Virus record (IMG/VR): IMGVR_UViG_3300018080_000113
Span: 97-64,096 of that record
From: a virus
Lineage: Duplodnaviria; Heunggongvirae; Uroviricota; Caudoviricetes
Reading direction: 5' to 3' (one strand)
Length of the DNA: 64,000 nucleotides
Shown piece after piece: positions 21,184-30,659 of the stretch. Made by a program: the position numbers and the translations under genes. Every line of letters begins with the position of its first letter. Positions within the stretch are counted from its first letter, which is position 1. The notes under the pieces are model-generated. The model made no database searches and was not told where the DNA came from. It worked only from the letters and a program-made list of their open reading frames with translations.

Positions 21184-21267
21184 CTAAGAAGATTGAGTAG
21201 GAAGTACTTCTTTACTGGGAGAAGGTACTGTGCCTGGCGACTTTTTGTTCTTTGTGTTTGTAGCCAT
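21184..21267 (-). CDS. Small ORF, 27 aa (MATNTKNKKSPGTVPSPSKEVLPTQSS)
   Basis: Its ATG overlaps the TAA of the upstream gene (TAATG), the same coupling used elsewhere in the operon. Confidence 0.4.
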   Translation of the reverse strand: MATNTKNKKSPGTVPSPSKEVLPTQSS

Positions 21268-21788
21268 TATGATGTTGCCGAATATGCAAAGACCAAAGAG
21301 AATGCTTTATACCCAGCAGAACCAGGTGCAGCAGGTACATCAACATCAATTTGGATGTGTGCTTCGCCACCTACTGGAATTACTCCATCGACTGTTGGTG
21401 TGCCGACAACAATAGAATTGCTATCTAGCGGCAATTGACTATCAATGTCTCCGTAAGCATTTGCAAAATAGTTCCAGCCAGCTGCAAACTTAGTACCTGT
21501 AACCCACGACACATCAGGAGTCATGCTCATTTCAACTCCAGCTAAGGCTGTATCGCCCCAGCCCATAAGCTGAGTAAAGTCTGCATCTTCATCTGTTCCA
21601 AGATAGTTACTGCCAGCATAACGAGTCATATAGATTGCACAGCCAGTAATTGGGTTTACTTCTGCGTCATGAGAAATAAATATATCCTGATGGCCAATAG
21701 CATTTCCAGGAATTACCGTTCCCATGTCAGTTGTATCAGCTAATGAATAGCCGCCTGAAGTTTCGGAAAGTGTTAGGTTTACAGTCAT
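21267..21788 (-). CDS. Virion structural protein (173 aa), beta-sandwich-like
   Basis: Beta-strand-rich ORF with SD in the tail operon. Confidence 0.55.
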   Translation of the reverse strand: MTVNLTLSETSGGYSLADTTDMGTVIPGNAIGHQDIFISHDAEVNPITGCAIYMTRYAGSNYLGTDEDADFTQLMGWGDTALAGVEMSMTPDVSWVTGTKFAAGWNYFANAYGDIDSQLPLDSNSIVVGTPTVDGVIPVGGEAHIQIDVDVPAAPGSAGYKAFSLVFAYSATS

Positions 21789-21797
21789 AGTTTGCTC

Positions 21798-24362
21798 CTA
21801 CGAAACTAAAAATTGGAAGTTGGAAAGGTTGCCAAATGGTGAAACAGGCGTATCCTCGTCAAGACCTAAGCCTCCACTAATACTATCATATCCACTGTAT
21901 CCATACCACCATGAGTAATATCTATCTTCCATGGTTATCTTAACAAGATAGGGAGCACCATCGGTTAGCCCCTCTATCGTAAAACTATTATAGGCCCCGG
22001 AGCCATCAGTTAGCAAATGACTATTCGCTTTGGTCCAAGGCCCATTCTCATTACGAGCATACCAGATGTCATATGTGAACTCAGAGCCTTCTTGTTCCCA
22101 CTGTACTTCAACAGAGCCAACAGCAGTTCCAGGAAGGATGCTAATAACCCTTGGTTCATATCCATAGAATTTAATAAGAGGATAAATACCATAAGGAACT
22201 TTTTCAGAAACAATTTCTCTGAGGTTGTCAAGTGTGAAATCATCAAGCACTGTATAAGGAAGCTTAACAACAATTACTGCATTAGATGGATAGACCTGTC
22301 CGTCGAATGAATTGTAGTCGTTAAACCATTGCACTTGAGGATTTAGAAGCTTGGCTTCTTCGTATTTGCTTTCATTAATACCACCGCCGTCTTCTCGAAC
22401 ATCAATAATAGAAAGACCCTCTTTGCTATGAGGGGGATTGACAGCCATTTCTGCAAGAACAAAATACTGAGAAGCCATTACAGGAAAGCCAGTAGACAGA
22501 CCATAAGCACTAAGTTCATCATCCCATGTTCTATCAGTAAGTGTAGTTCTTTCTTGAAGAAAACTAACAAGCTCTACTGTCTCGCCATCATCAATATTAA
22601 TAGTTCCATTTGTAGGAACTTCCGAAGAGCTAGAAGATAATTCAAAATACGTATCTGTTTTATCTGTATATTTAAAGTAACGATAGTTGCCACTAGTGTC
22701 TTTTGCTCTTAACCATCCTGTTCTTGGAAATCCATCTGTAGACTCAACGTAAAAAGGATAGTTTAGGATAACTTCAACAACAGTAGCAGGAGATTGAGCA
22801 GATGCTGCGGTTGAAGAATTCCATGAATAATGAAGGCCTAGTGCACCAGTTATTTTGTATCCGTCATCATCAGAAAGAATAACATCTGTATTGATAGATT
22901 CATTACCACATGTTCCATCTTGATTAAGTTCTTCAATAAGATCTGCACGAGATACTTTTAGCCACATTACAGAAGCTGTTTGTGTTGTTGTATTCTCGTT
23001 AGGAGCGCTAGATGGAACTAAATAAACAACTCTTGTTTGCGCATGTACATTAGAATCAAAGATTGGATTCATCATCATGCCAGTAAGAGTATAGAATTCT
23101 TCTTTATATGGGTATGTTGCATAGATAGAATAGTAATCTGAAATATCAAAATCAACATGAACAATACCAGTTTTCCTGTCTATACCAAGAAAATTACTAG
23201 TTGACCAAGTAATTTCTGCTCCATCAGAATCAAGCACACGATTGCCATCAAAGTCAAAATATGCTGTGCCATCTAAACTAGGATCGTTTGTAACTGCATA
23301 TTCTATTACACCATCTTTCTCGAACTCTATATTTATATAAGAAAAGATAGAACCAGTTTGTATTTCTTCATGAGGCAACTTAAGCAGTCTCTTATCGATC
23401 TTTTGTGATAGCTTTCTGGCCGCAATCTTATATGGTTCTAGTGGATTAAATGCCTGGTTCTCAAACTCAGGAATACTATAAGTAGAATTAAATCCTGCAA
23501 TGCCATTGGTAAAGTTACCATTTATAATGCGCGGAAACCATGGTTCTGTATCGGTATAATCAACAGGAGCCTTGACGGCAATACGCTTTGACTCAAGATA
23601 CTTGATTGCATATTTGCCAACAGCAGGAAAGCTCACAATCAAATCACTCAACGAATATGCATATACCCAAGGCTTAAGTTCACCAGGCGTTATATGCCAA
23701 TAGTCTTCTGCAAGAGCAGGATGGTATCCATTGTCGTTGTTTAGAATTTCAGTAGTGGTCGTTTGCACAGAGCCAGAAACAGACGTAAACTGAACGAAGT
23801 AAACGTTATATGTGCCCTGGTTATGATCATAACTATTTTCTAAAGAATTGAAAAGTAAGTAGTTTTCCACAGTACCATCAGTAGTGCCATCTAAGTCATT
23901 CCATTCGTATTGACGAACAAGTTTCCATTTGTCTGAACCAACTTCATTGAACTTATGGTCAAAGATACGTACTGATTCTGGAATAACAGAAGAGCTAAGA
24001 GTGTGTTTGTAATAGAGAGGAATGTATCCAGAGTCAGCCTGAACAAACTCTTGAGTAAACAAGAAATTAGTATTTGATACTGGACCACGGCTAGCATTGT
24101 CATCTAAAGAAACAATTTCTTCAATGGTACTAGTTCTTGAATTCGTGTATATACTGTCACTACGGTCTCCAATAAACAAACTAGTAGCAGGATTAATCTC
24201 ATCAGAGCCAACATAAGACAGAAGAGCTGCATCGTCAGTAGGAGCCTGAACATACAATATCTTTGCAATTCGCTTCTTAACGTTTTGGCGTGTTCTGTTA
24301 TTAAACGGTGTCCCTGTTACGCCGGTCAGTCTGAACTGAAAGCTTGATGTAGATATAGTCAT
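21798..24362 (-). CDS. Baseplate/tail structural protein (854 aa) with a C-terminal FN3/Ig-like region
   Basis: C-terminal VEVQWEQEGSEFTYDIWYARNENGPW...FTIEGLTDGAPYLVKIT is FN3-like. Confidence 0.55.
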   Translation of the reverse strand: MTISTSSFQFRLTGVTGTPFNNRTRQNVKKRIAKILYVQAPTDDAALLSYVGSDEINPATSLFIGDRSDSIYTNSRTSTIEEIVSLDDNASRGPVSNTNFLFTQEFVQADSGYIPLYYKHTLSSSVIPESVRIFDHKFNEVGSDKWKLVRQYEWNDLDGTTDGTVENYLLFNSLENSYDHNQGTYNVYFVQFTSVSGSVQTTTTEILNNDNGYHPALAEDYWHITPGELKPWVYAYSLSDLIVSFPAVGKYAIKYLESKRIAVKAPVDYTDTEPWFPRIINGNFTNGIAGFNSTYSIPEFENQAFNPLEPYKIAARKLSQKIDKRLLKLPHEEIQTGSIFSYINIEFEKDGVIEYAVTNDPSLDGTAYFDFDGNRVLDSDGAEITWSTSNFLGIDRKTGIVHVDFDISDYYSIYATYPYKEEFYTLTGMMMNPIFDSNVHAQTRVVYLVPSSAPNENTTTQTASVMWLKVSRADLIEELNQDGTCGNESINTDVILSDDDGYKITGALGLHYSWNSSTAASAQSPATVVEVILNYPFYVESTDGFPRTGWLRAKDTSGNYRYFKYTDKTDTYFELSSSSSEVPTNGTINIDDGETVELVSFLQERTTLTDRTWDDELSAYGLSTGFPVMASQYFVLAEMAVNPPHSKEGLSIIDVREDGGGINESKYEEAKLLNPQVQWFNDYNSFDGQVYPSNAVIVVKLPYTVLDDFTLDNLREIVSEKVPYGIYPLIKFYGYEPRVISILPGTAVGSVEVQWEQEGSEFTYDIWYARNENGPWTKANSHLLTDGSGAYNSFTIEGLTDGAPYLVKITMEDRYYSWWYGYSGYDSISGGLGLDEDTPVSPFGNLSNFQFLVS

Positions 24363-24372
24363 TCTTTAATCC

Positions 24373-27252
24373 TTACAGTGCTATTTTAATAGTATCGCCA
24401 TCTCTCCATAGACGTCCTTGAACGAGACCACTACTAGAAGTTGGCAATGAAGACAATTCAAGAAAAATACCATATGCAGCTTCTAGTTTGATATTTGCTG
24501 ATGCCTGCAAATAAATAGTATTGTCAATTCCAGTAGCATAAGTAAATATATCTGTTCCTGCTACTAAGAATATATTATTCTCAAAAGTTCTTGTAGCACT
24601 AGCAAGGCCAAGATTCATAGATGCGTTTGCAGTAATAAAAACATTACTATCAAAAGAATTTAATGCATCTTTTCCATATACAAGACTTGAAGAACCTGCA
24701 TCAATAAAAACATTATTGGCTGAAGTTCTAGTGCCAGTAATGCTAGTTCCATCAGTGGTAATTTGTACTTCTTCGTCAGCTTCTAACGACAAGGTAGCAC
24801 CAGAAGTTATCTCGATATCTGACTGTCCAGCAATCATTTTAATGCTAGAATTAGCACCTATTGTTCCAAGCGCAATGCCTTGATTTGCACCATAGGTGTC
24901 AAACACCATAACATCATTAGCTGCAACTCTTAATAATGCAGCAGCTCCTCTGCCGGCAACAGTTGAGCCTAATTGAAGCATTGCATAGCCTTGATCAGAC
25001 CCGTACCACATGCCATGTCTATCACCAACAGAGAATGGCTGTGTAGATGCACTGGTGCTATGATCATAACAATACAATGAAAGATATGGTTCATTAAGAG
25101 GTCCTTTTGGCGTGTAATAAAGACCAGAAGGAATTAATGTACTTGAGTTACTATCAAGCCAAGAAGAACCATTTGTTGTGAATGAAGTTCTGCTTCCGTC
25201 TCCTGTGTCAGAAAAGAAAATAGCATTTGAATAAACATTAAAGAAGTCCGCGCCAACAATAGCAGGGGATGTAAAATGATGTTCAAATTCTTCAATACCA
25301 TTTCCTGTTCCGCGCGTATTCACTCCGCCAACAGAATCGTCAGTATTTGTTGCACCAGAAACATAAGGGACGCCACGGAATCTAAACTCACGAATTTGGT
25401 CTGAACATATTCTTGAAGACAAATCAGCAGTAATCCCCAAAGTGCTACCTGTTTGTCCAGTATCAGCAGGAAGATTAACAGGACTTTTGTTTGAAGCTCT
25501 TATTGACTTCATCAACTTGACGTAATTAACTTCATTGCGTTGACCAAGATCGAATCCAAGAATTGCTCCATTGTCTAAATCATCAGAAGTTTCACTTGTA
25601 TATCCACCTCTAAGATAAAGAGGAGTGGTTTTCCATGGGTATAACGACAAGGCTCCCATGTTTTCTGTGTCGCCCCATGTACTATACAAACAAGTTCCTG
25701 TGTCTTCTAGGCCGAATGGAATTCTTTTTGCCAAACCACTTGTCCAAGCATCGTGGCTTGAAGCATTGTCTACACCTTCAAGTCTTATAAATGAATTTGA
25801 CAAGCTACTACGAGAAGAAGTATTCCCTCCTCCAAATGAAATAGCAGCAGTTTTATATATGTCCTGTGGAGTAGATCCTTGGCCAAGCTCAAAACCAGTT
25901 TCAATATCTCCTGCCATAACAAGATCGCCTCGCATAGCATTAGCAGAGTTACCGTCTTCATCATCTTCCATATACCCGCCACGGTGCAAGTACTGTGGAT
26001 GTTGATTTGTACCATAACTAGATTCTCTAAACTTCCATCTTGTAATATCAGTAAGAGTAGAAAGAAGATTGTCAGTAAATCTATCTTCTAAGTTACTATG
26101 AGACAAAGGCATAGTGTATGAAAGAGTAGGAGAGTCTGCAATTCCAACATGTTCATTGTTACGCATTGTGGCCATAACATATGAAAGTGCATCAGCAGTA
26201 CTTGTGCCAGAGGTAATTACACGATAATTATCTCCAACACTTAGCCAATTCAACGGAGTAACTACAGTAAGAATGTTTGCGGTGTTATAGTAAAATGTAG
26301 TTTGAGGAATAACACGACCGTCTTGACCGCCTTCCCACAACAAGAAGTATCCTTCTGGAATTTCATCACCAATACTAATACCAGATGTTGTTAAAGCTGC
26401 AGGCACTCTATACAGAGAGCTGTCTCCGCTATTAATAGTATCCCAGGTAACATCAGCAGTGCTAGAAATTGATAAAGACTTCTTGCCAAAGTTGCTTAAG
26501 GAACTAGTAGTCAGTCTTGAAGAACTGTCCACTTGAGGAAATGTAATTGTATAAGTACTTGTTGTTGCCGTAGAAGAAACATGTGCACATGTACAAAGAA
26601 GAGTTTGATTCCAATGAGGAATAACATTATGGGTGCCCCATGGAACTCCAACACCAAACATGTTGCCTTCATAAAAGTACCCTGTTACGTCTGCAGAAGG
26701 AATACTATATGAAATAATAGTTCCTTTGTAGAAGTCTACATAGAAATCACCATGTGCAACTACTTCTTCAGCGGTTGTTTTTCTACTTGCAAAAACACCA
26801 TCAACATCAGTAGCAGCAGTAATTCCAACTTCTGTGCCGCCCCAGGTAAGAGGAGTAACAACAGAATTTAGACTTGAGCCTGTTGCATCAGTAGATGTTT
26901 TAACTAGAGGAAACCCAAGAGTCCATGCGTTTCTGTCTTTTCTAAGAGTAAAACCATGAGAAGCGGTAGTGGGTTCGTTCCAACAACCACCCATTGGAGA
27001 CAACCAGTCAGACGCTCCAATGATTCTAGCAAGACTAGACTGGCCAAGGTTGTTAAGGCTCAAAGGAAGGCGAGTACCACTGCCGTCTGTATGCGAGGCA
27101 TAGTCCCACGGATCGCCAATTCCTTGTGTGATTCTAGAAAAACCACCATCAACATGCCGTACTAAGCCAGTTAGTTTTTCAGCAGTTGGTTGCTCTCCTT
27201 TAACAAAATTAAAAACGATGGGGAAAACATCTTGCATTTGATCTCTAGACAT
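24373..27252 (-). CDS. Tail spike/fibre-like protein with C-terminal beta-helix repeats (start probably 27252, not 27276)
   Basis: AGGAG precedes the ATG at 27252. N-terminal GEQPTAEKL motif; C-terminal I-x-L-x-A strand repeats ending in GRLWRDGDTIKIAL. Confidence 0.55.
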   Translation of the reverse strand: MSRDQMQDVFPIVFNFVKGEQPTAEKLTGLVRHVDGGFSRITQGIGDPWDYASHTDGSGTRLPLSLNNLGQSSLARIIGASDWLSPMGGCWNEPTTASHGFTLRKDRNAWTLGFPLVKTSTDATGSSLNSVVTPLTWGGTEVGITAATDVDGVFASRKTTAEEVVAHGDFYVDFYKGTIISYSIPSADVTGYFYEGNMFGVGVPWGTHNVIPHWNQTLLCTCAHVSSTATTSTYTITFPQVDSSSRLTTSSLSNFGKKSLSISSTADVTWDTINSGDSSLYRVPAALTTSGISIGDEIPEGYFLLWEGGQDGRVIPQTTFYYNTANILTVVTPLNWLSVGDNYRVITSGTSTADALSYVMATMRNNEHVGIADSPTLSYTMPLSHSNLEDRFTDNLLSTLTDITRWKFRESSYGTNQHPQYLHRGGYMEDDEDGNSANAMRGDLVMAGDIETGFELGQGSTPQDIYKTAAISFGGGNTSSRSSLSNSFIRLEGVDNASSHDAWTSGLAKRIPFGLEDTGTCLYSTWGDTENMGALSLYPWKTTPLYLRGGYTSETSDDLDNGAILGFDLGQRNEVNYVKLMKSIRASNKSPVNLPADTGQTGSTLGITADLSSRICSDQIREFRFRGVPYVSGATNTDDSVGGVNTRGTGNGIEEFEHHFTSPAIVGADFFNVYSNAIFFSDTGDGSRTSFTTNGSSWLDSNSSTLIPSGLYYTPKGPLNEPYLSLYCYDHSTSASTQPFSVGDRHGMWYGSDQGYAMLQLGSTVAGRGAAALLRVAANDVMVFDTYGANQGIALGTIGANSSIKMIAGQSDIEITSGATLSLEADEEVQITTDGTSITGTRTSANNVFIDAGSSSLVYGKDALNSFDSNVFITANASMNLGLASATRTFENNIFLVAGTDIFTYATGIDNTIYLQASANIKLEAAYGIFLELSSLPTSSSGLVQGRLWRDGDTIKIAL

Positions 27253-27260
27253 AATATCTC

Positions 27261-29708
27261 CTACTCTCTTGTCCATACTACACTATTATCAGATGTAGTA
27301 TATTCAGAGATTGTATTCCATGAAGGCTCTGATAAGCCACTTGTACCAGCGGTTGTACATTTATATAAGTCACCATCAGTAGACAGTACATAATCTCCTA
27401 TAACATAAGCAGTTGAGGCAACCCAAGTATCAGCAAATCCAAAATTAAAACCTAGTGTTCTAAATGGTGCTTCTGCCCATTCACCAGTACTGCCACTTCC
27501 ACCAACTAAATCAATAACATCATAAGGACCACTGTGAGGATTGATAGTAATGAATGTAGCGCCGTCGATTCCCGCTGCAACATTGTCATCATCTCCAAGC
27601 ACTTTCCATCCGAATGGAACATTACCTAGGTCGCTTACATATTCTCCTAGCAAGTATCTTGGTAGCGAAATACGAGCTGTAATAGTATTACTATAAATGT
27701 CTCTATTATAATATGGACTCCAACAAGAAGCCTGGAATGTAACTAGTTTACTTGAAACAACCCAATAGCCACCACAAGAATAAGAGCTAGTTGGGCCACA
27801 GTCTAAGATTGATCCTGCTGGATATATAAGTCTCCAATATCCTTCGTGTGCATCTCCAGCCGTATCGATTCTTTCTGCAAGATATGGACGAAGAGGAACA
27901 ACAGCACCAAGGGTGCCATCGATTGGATCGATAGCATATGGGTCATCGTTGTCAGCTCCACTGATCTGATAAAGAACAACCTTACGGCCGTTCATCTCTG
28001 TTCCTTCTACCGAATCTACCCAGTCTTCAAGATCATATTCAGCAAGCATTTCAGATTCCCAGCGAGCATAGTCAGCAGCATCATTAACCCATGCGGGGGT
28101 TTCAGAGTTATACAAAGAAAGAAGAAAGTCATCTACAGACTCATACCCAAGAATAGGATCGTCTTTAAGAATCTGGTAAATATAAATCTCATCTTCTTTG
28201 TTAGATAAGCCAGCATCAGCTACTTTTAAAATAACTTCACGATCTCCTGGGTAATAAGGACTTGTTGTGTCTCTTACTGTCTTTGTGTAAAATCCCAAAG
28301 AGTCAGCTGAAGTTGGGGGCTGATAGTTTGTATATGCATTACCAGAAGAATCAGTTACAGAGACTGAAGAATATGCTCCTGCAAGATAACCAAGAGTAGA
28401 TGGCGACATGTTAAAGTTAACTTCGATGTTTGGCACTGGCGATCCAGACGAACTAGTAACAGAAGCTTTCAAAATACCATAATCCGATCCAACAGAAATT
28501 GGCCCATACTCAACAGGATTAGTTCCCTGAATTGGTCGTTTGTTAATAGACAATACAATATTTGCTGGCTCTAGGTCAGCATGAGAAACACAAACAAAAC
28601 CTTGGTTTACTGACTGTGTTACAGGATTAACATCTGCATCAGTTGCAATAATTTTTGTTTCTCTATCTAGTTCTTCATATTCAATACGAAGAGTAGTTGT
28701 ATATGTCGCCACTATATGTCTACCAACAGGCGGAATGCCTCCATTGTCTGCGGAGCCAAAGTAAACAATACCAAGATCTTTATCTAAGAAGTATCTGTTT
28801 CTAGTTGCATAGGACCAGTTTGTAGAAATTAACTCCCACCAGCTATCTACTTTTGTCCACTCTTCCCAAGCCGTATCGGTAGCAACATATAGATGAAACG
28901 AGCTGTCAGAAAGTACAGGGAAGTGAGGCAAATAAAATACCTGCCAAGGACTACCAGTAGATACGCCAAGATATTCACATGCGGCCAAGTCTTGATATGT
29001 GGACGGCACAACACCATAGGTATTTGTGTAGTCTTTGTTGAACCATAGACGCACAAGGTTATCTATAGAATGATCTACGAAGAATTCTCTCTTTGTAGTA
29101 TCAACGTTAGCCCACGTTATCTTTCCAAGAGCAGAAACTGTTTCTAATTCTTCTCCGCCGCTATATGTACCAGTAAATCTATATGACTGTTCAACTCTTG
29201 TTTTGTATGAATTTTCTTTAAGATGATTTCTCTTAAATGTAGCAGCAAGAATTGGAGAACCAATATCTGGAGTAGAGTCTAGTTCAATATAGTTTCTACT
29301 ATCTCTATTTGCAGTAGGGTCAACATATTGAATCTTGCTGTTATCGCCATAATAAAAATAGTCTGTGTTGTATCTAAAGTACTGACCGTGTCTTACTTCT
29401 GGATACCAATGTCGTTCGCCGTTTTGCAGCACCTCTTCAAAATCTTCTACAAAAAGATCTCCAAGATCAACAGAGCCTACGCCAGACTTAAAGTATTCTG
29501 ATTCAGTAACTCCTTGTGTAGATGGATTTGCAAGCCTTGGAAGAGAAGGCAGGCGCAAGTCAAAAGGACTGCTCCACCTTTTAATGTCATACCGCCAACC
29601 ATCTGGCAAATCTGTCGGATGCTCAAAGCCAACATATGGCTTCATGCTTGTGTCGCGAGTAACGATTTGTTTTGTTGTAACACTGATGCTTGGTCTTGGT
29701 ATGCTCAT
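27261..29708 (-). CDS. Baseplate/tail protein (815 aa) with an Ig-like (Big-1) segment and a C-terminal CBM5/12-like motif
   Basis: LKASVTSSSGSPVPNIEVNFNMS (Big-1-like) and WVASTAYVIGDYV...YKCTTAGTSG..EPSW. Confidence 0.55.
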   Translation of the reverse strand: MSIPRPSISVTTKQIVTRDTSMKPYVGFEHPTDLPDGWRYDIKRWSSPFDLRLPSLPRLANPSTQGVTESEYFKSGVGSVDLGDLFVEDFEEVLQNGERHWYPEVRHGQYFRYNTDYFYYGDNSKIQYVDPTANRDSRNYIELDSTPDIGSPILAATFKRNHLKENSYKTRVEQSYRFTGTYSGGEELETVSALGKITWANVDTTKREFFVDHSIDNLVRLWFNKDYTNTYGVVPSTYQDLAACEYLGVSTGSPWQVFYLPHFPVLSDSSFHLYVATDTAWEEWTKVDSWWELISTNWSYATRNRYFLDKDLGIVYFGSADNGGIPPVGRHIVATYTTTLRIEYEELDRETKIIATDADVNPVTQSVNQGFVCVSHADLEPANIVLSINKRPIQGTNPVEYGPISVGSDYGILKASVTSSSGSPVPNIEVNFNMSPSTLGYLAGAYSSVSVTDSSGNAYTNYQPPTSADSLGFYTKTVRDTTSPYYPGDREVILKVADAGLSNKEDEIYIYQILKDDPILGYESVDDFLLSLYNSETPAWVNDAADYARWESEMLAEYDLEDWVDSVEGTEMNGRKVVLYQISGADNDDPYAIDPIDGTLGAVVPLRPYLAERIDTAGDAHEGYWRLIYPAGSILDCGPTSSYSCGGYWVVSSKLVTFQASCWSPYYNRDIYSNTITARISLPRYLLGEYVSDLGNVPFGWKVLGDDDNVAAGIDGATFITINPHSGPYDVIDLVGGSGSTGEWAEAPFRTLGFNFGFADTWVASTAYVIGDYVLSTDGDLYKCTTAGTSGLSEPSWNTISEYTTSDNSVVWTRE

Positions 29709-30659
29709 TTATTCGCCCCAGAATACTTCTGTCTCTTTAAACAGTTGATGAAAGGTTTCAGATCCTTCTTGGTTTGGCAGCGTATTAACTTCATCTCCAG
29801 AATCAAGAGTTTCATGTTCAAAGAGTTCGTATTGGAAATCATCATCCTGAAGAGTATAAATCTTTACAGGACTATAGTCTACTTCATAAGGGAAAGTAGC
29901 CGCATGATATGAGACTCCAAGGTTTCCCTGTGGAATCGAATATGTATATAGTTTACCATTTATACGATCAATACGATACTCGCCATCTGCTGCTGGAGTA
30001 ACAGCAACTTCTGTTGTAAGCAAATCACTTTCATCAAGAACGATACTGCCTTCAATGAGATTCTGTGCAGAAAGATAAGTAATCGAGTCTGTACGTAGTG
30101 GGTCGCCTTGAACATAGGTGTCAGTGTTGCCACGAATAAGATTCGTAGAATGCATATTTGGACGTATATCGCTATATATCGTAGCACTAAAATATGTAGA
30201 AGTATTTATTTGAGCAACAAGATCTTCTAGGAAATACCCAGTATCTTCAGGACGATAGGTACGTATAGTCATATCTATTGTCTCTGTACCGTCTGGTCTA
30301 TGGTCATTATACAAAACAACCTTATTAGCTAGAATTTCTACTCTAGGATTTCTAGCTACTGGGTCTCCACTGCTATCAAGCTTGAGTGTGATCTGGATAG
30401 CTTTCTCGCGAGCGTAACCAAGCTCTCTTGTAATGCCATTGATTACTCCGTCGTATATGCCTCCGCTTGGATGAACAGCTACGTCCATCATTCTCTGTTT
30501 AAAATCTATATTCGATTCGCCATCTAGTCTACGCAAAGACAGCATGTCAGAGACAAGATCAAAATGATTAACAACATTCTTTGCAGTTGGTGTGCCACTA
30601 TACTCTGACGGCACATCAACATAGAAAGAGAAACCTTGGAATTTTATATTGTTACCCAT
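29709..30659 (-). CDS. Baseplate-associated protein (316 aa)
   Basis: Two genes downstream of baseplate J; LRRLDGESNIDFKQR resembles wedge-subunit N-termini. Confidence 0.5.
   Translation of the reverse strand: MGNNIKFQGFSFYVDVPSEYSGTPTAKNVVNHFDLVSDMLSLRRLDGESNIDFKQRMMDVAVHPSGGIYDGVINGITRELGYAREKAIQITLKLDSSGDPVARNPRVEILANKVVLYNDHRPDGTETIDMTIRTYRPEDTGYFLEDLVAQINTSTYFSATIYSDIRPNMHSTNLIRGNTDTYVQGDPLRTDSITYLSAQNLIEGSIVLDESDLLTTEVAVTPAADGEYRIDRINGKLYTYSIPQGNLGVSYHAATFPYEVDYSPVKIYTLQDDDFQYELFEHETLDSGDEVNTLPNQEGSETFHQLFKETEVFWGE

Noticed and set aside
27253-27276. Extended starts at 27276 and 60311 from the ORF track
   Set aside because: Both overlap upstream genes, and better SD-ATG pairs lie at 27252 and 60263.
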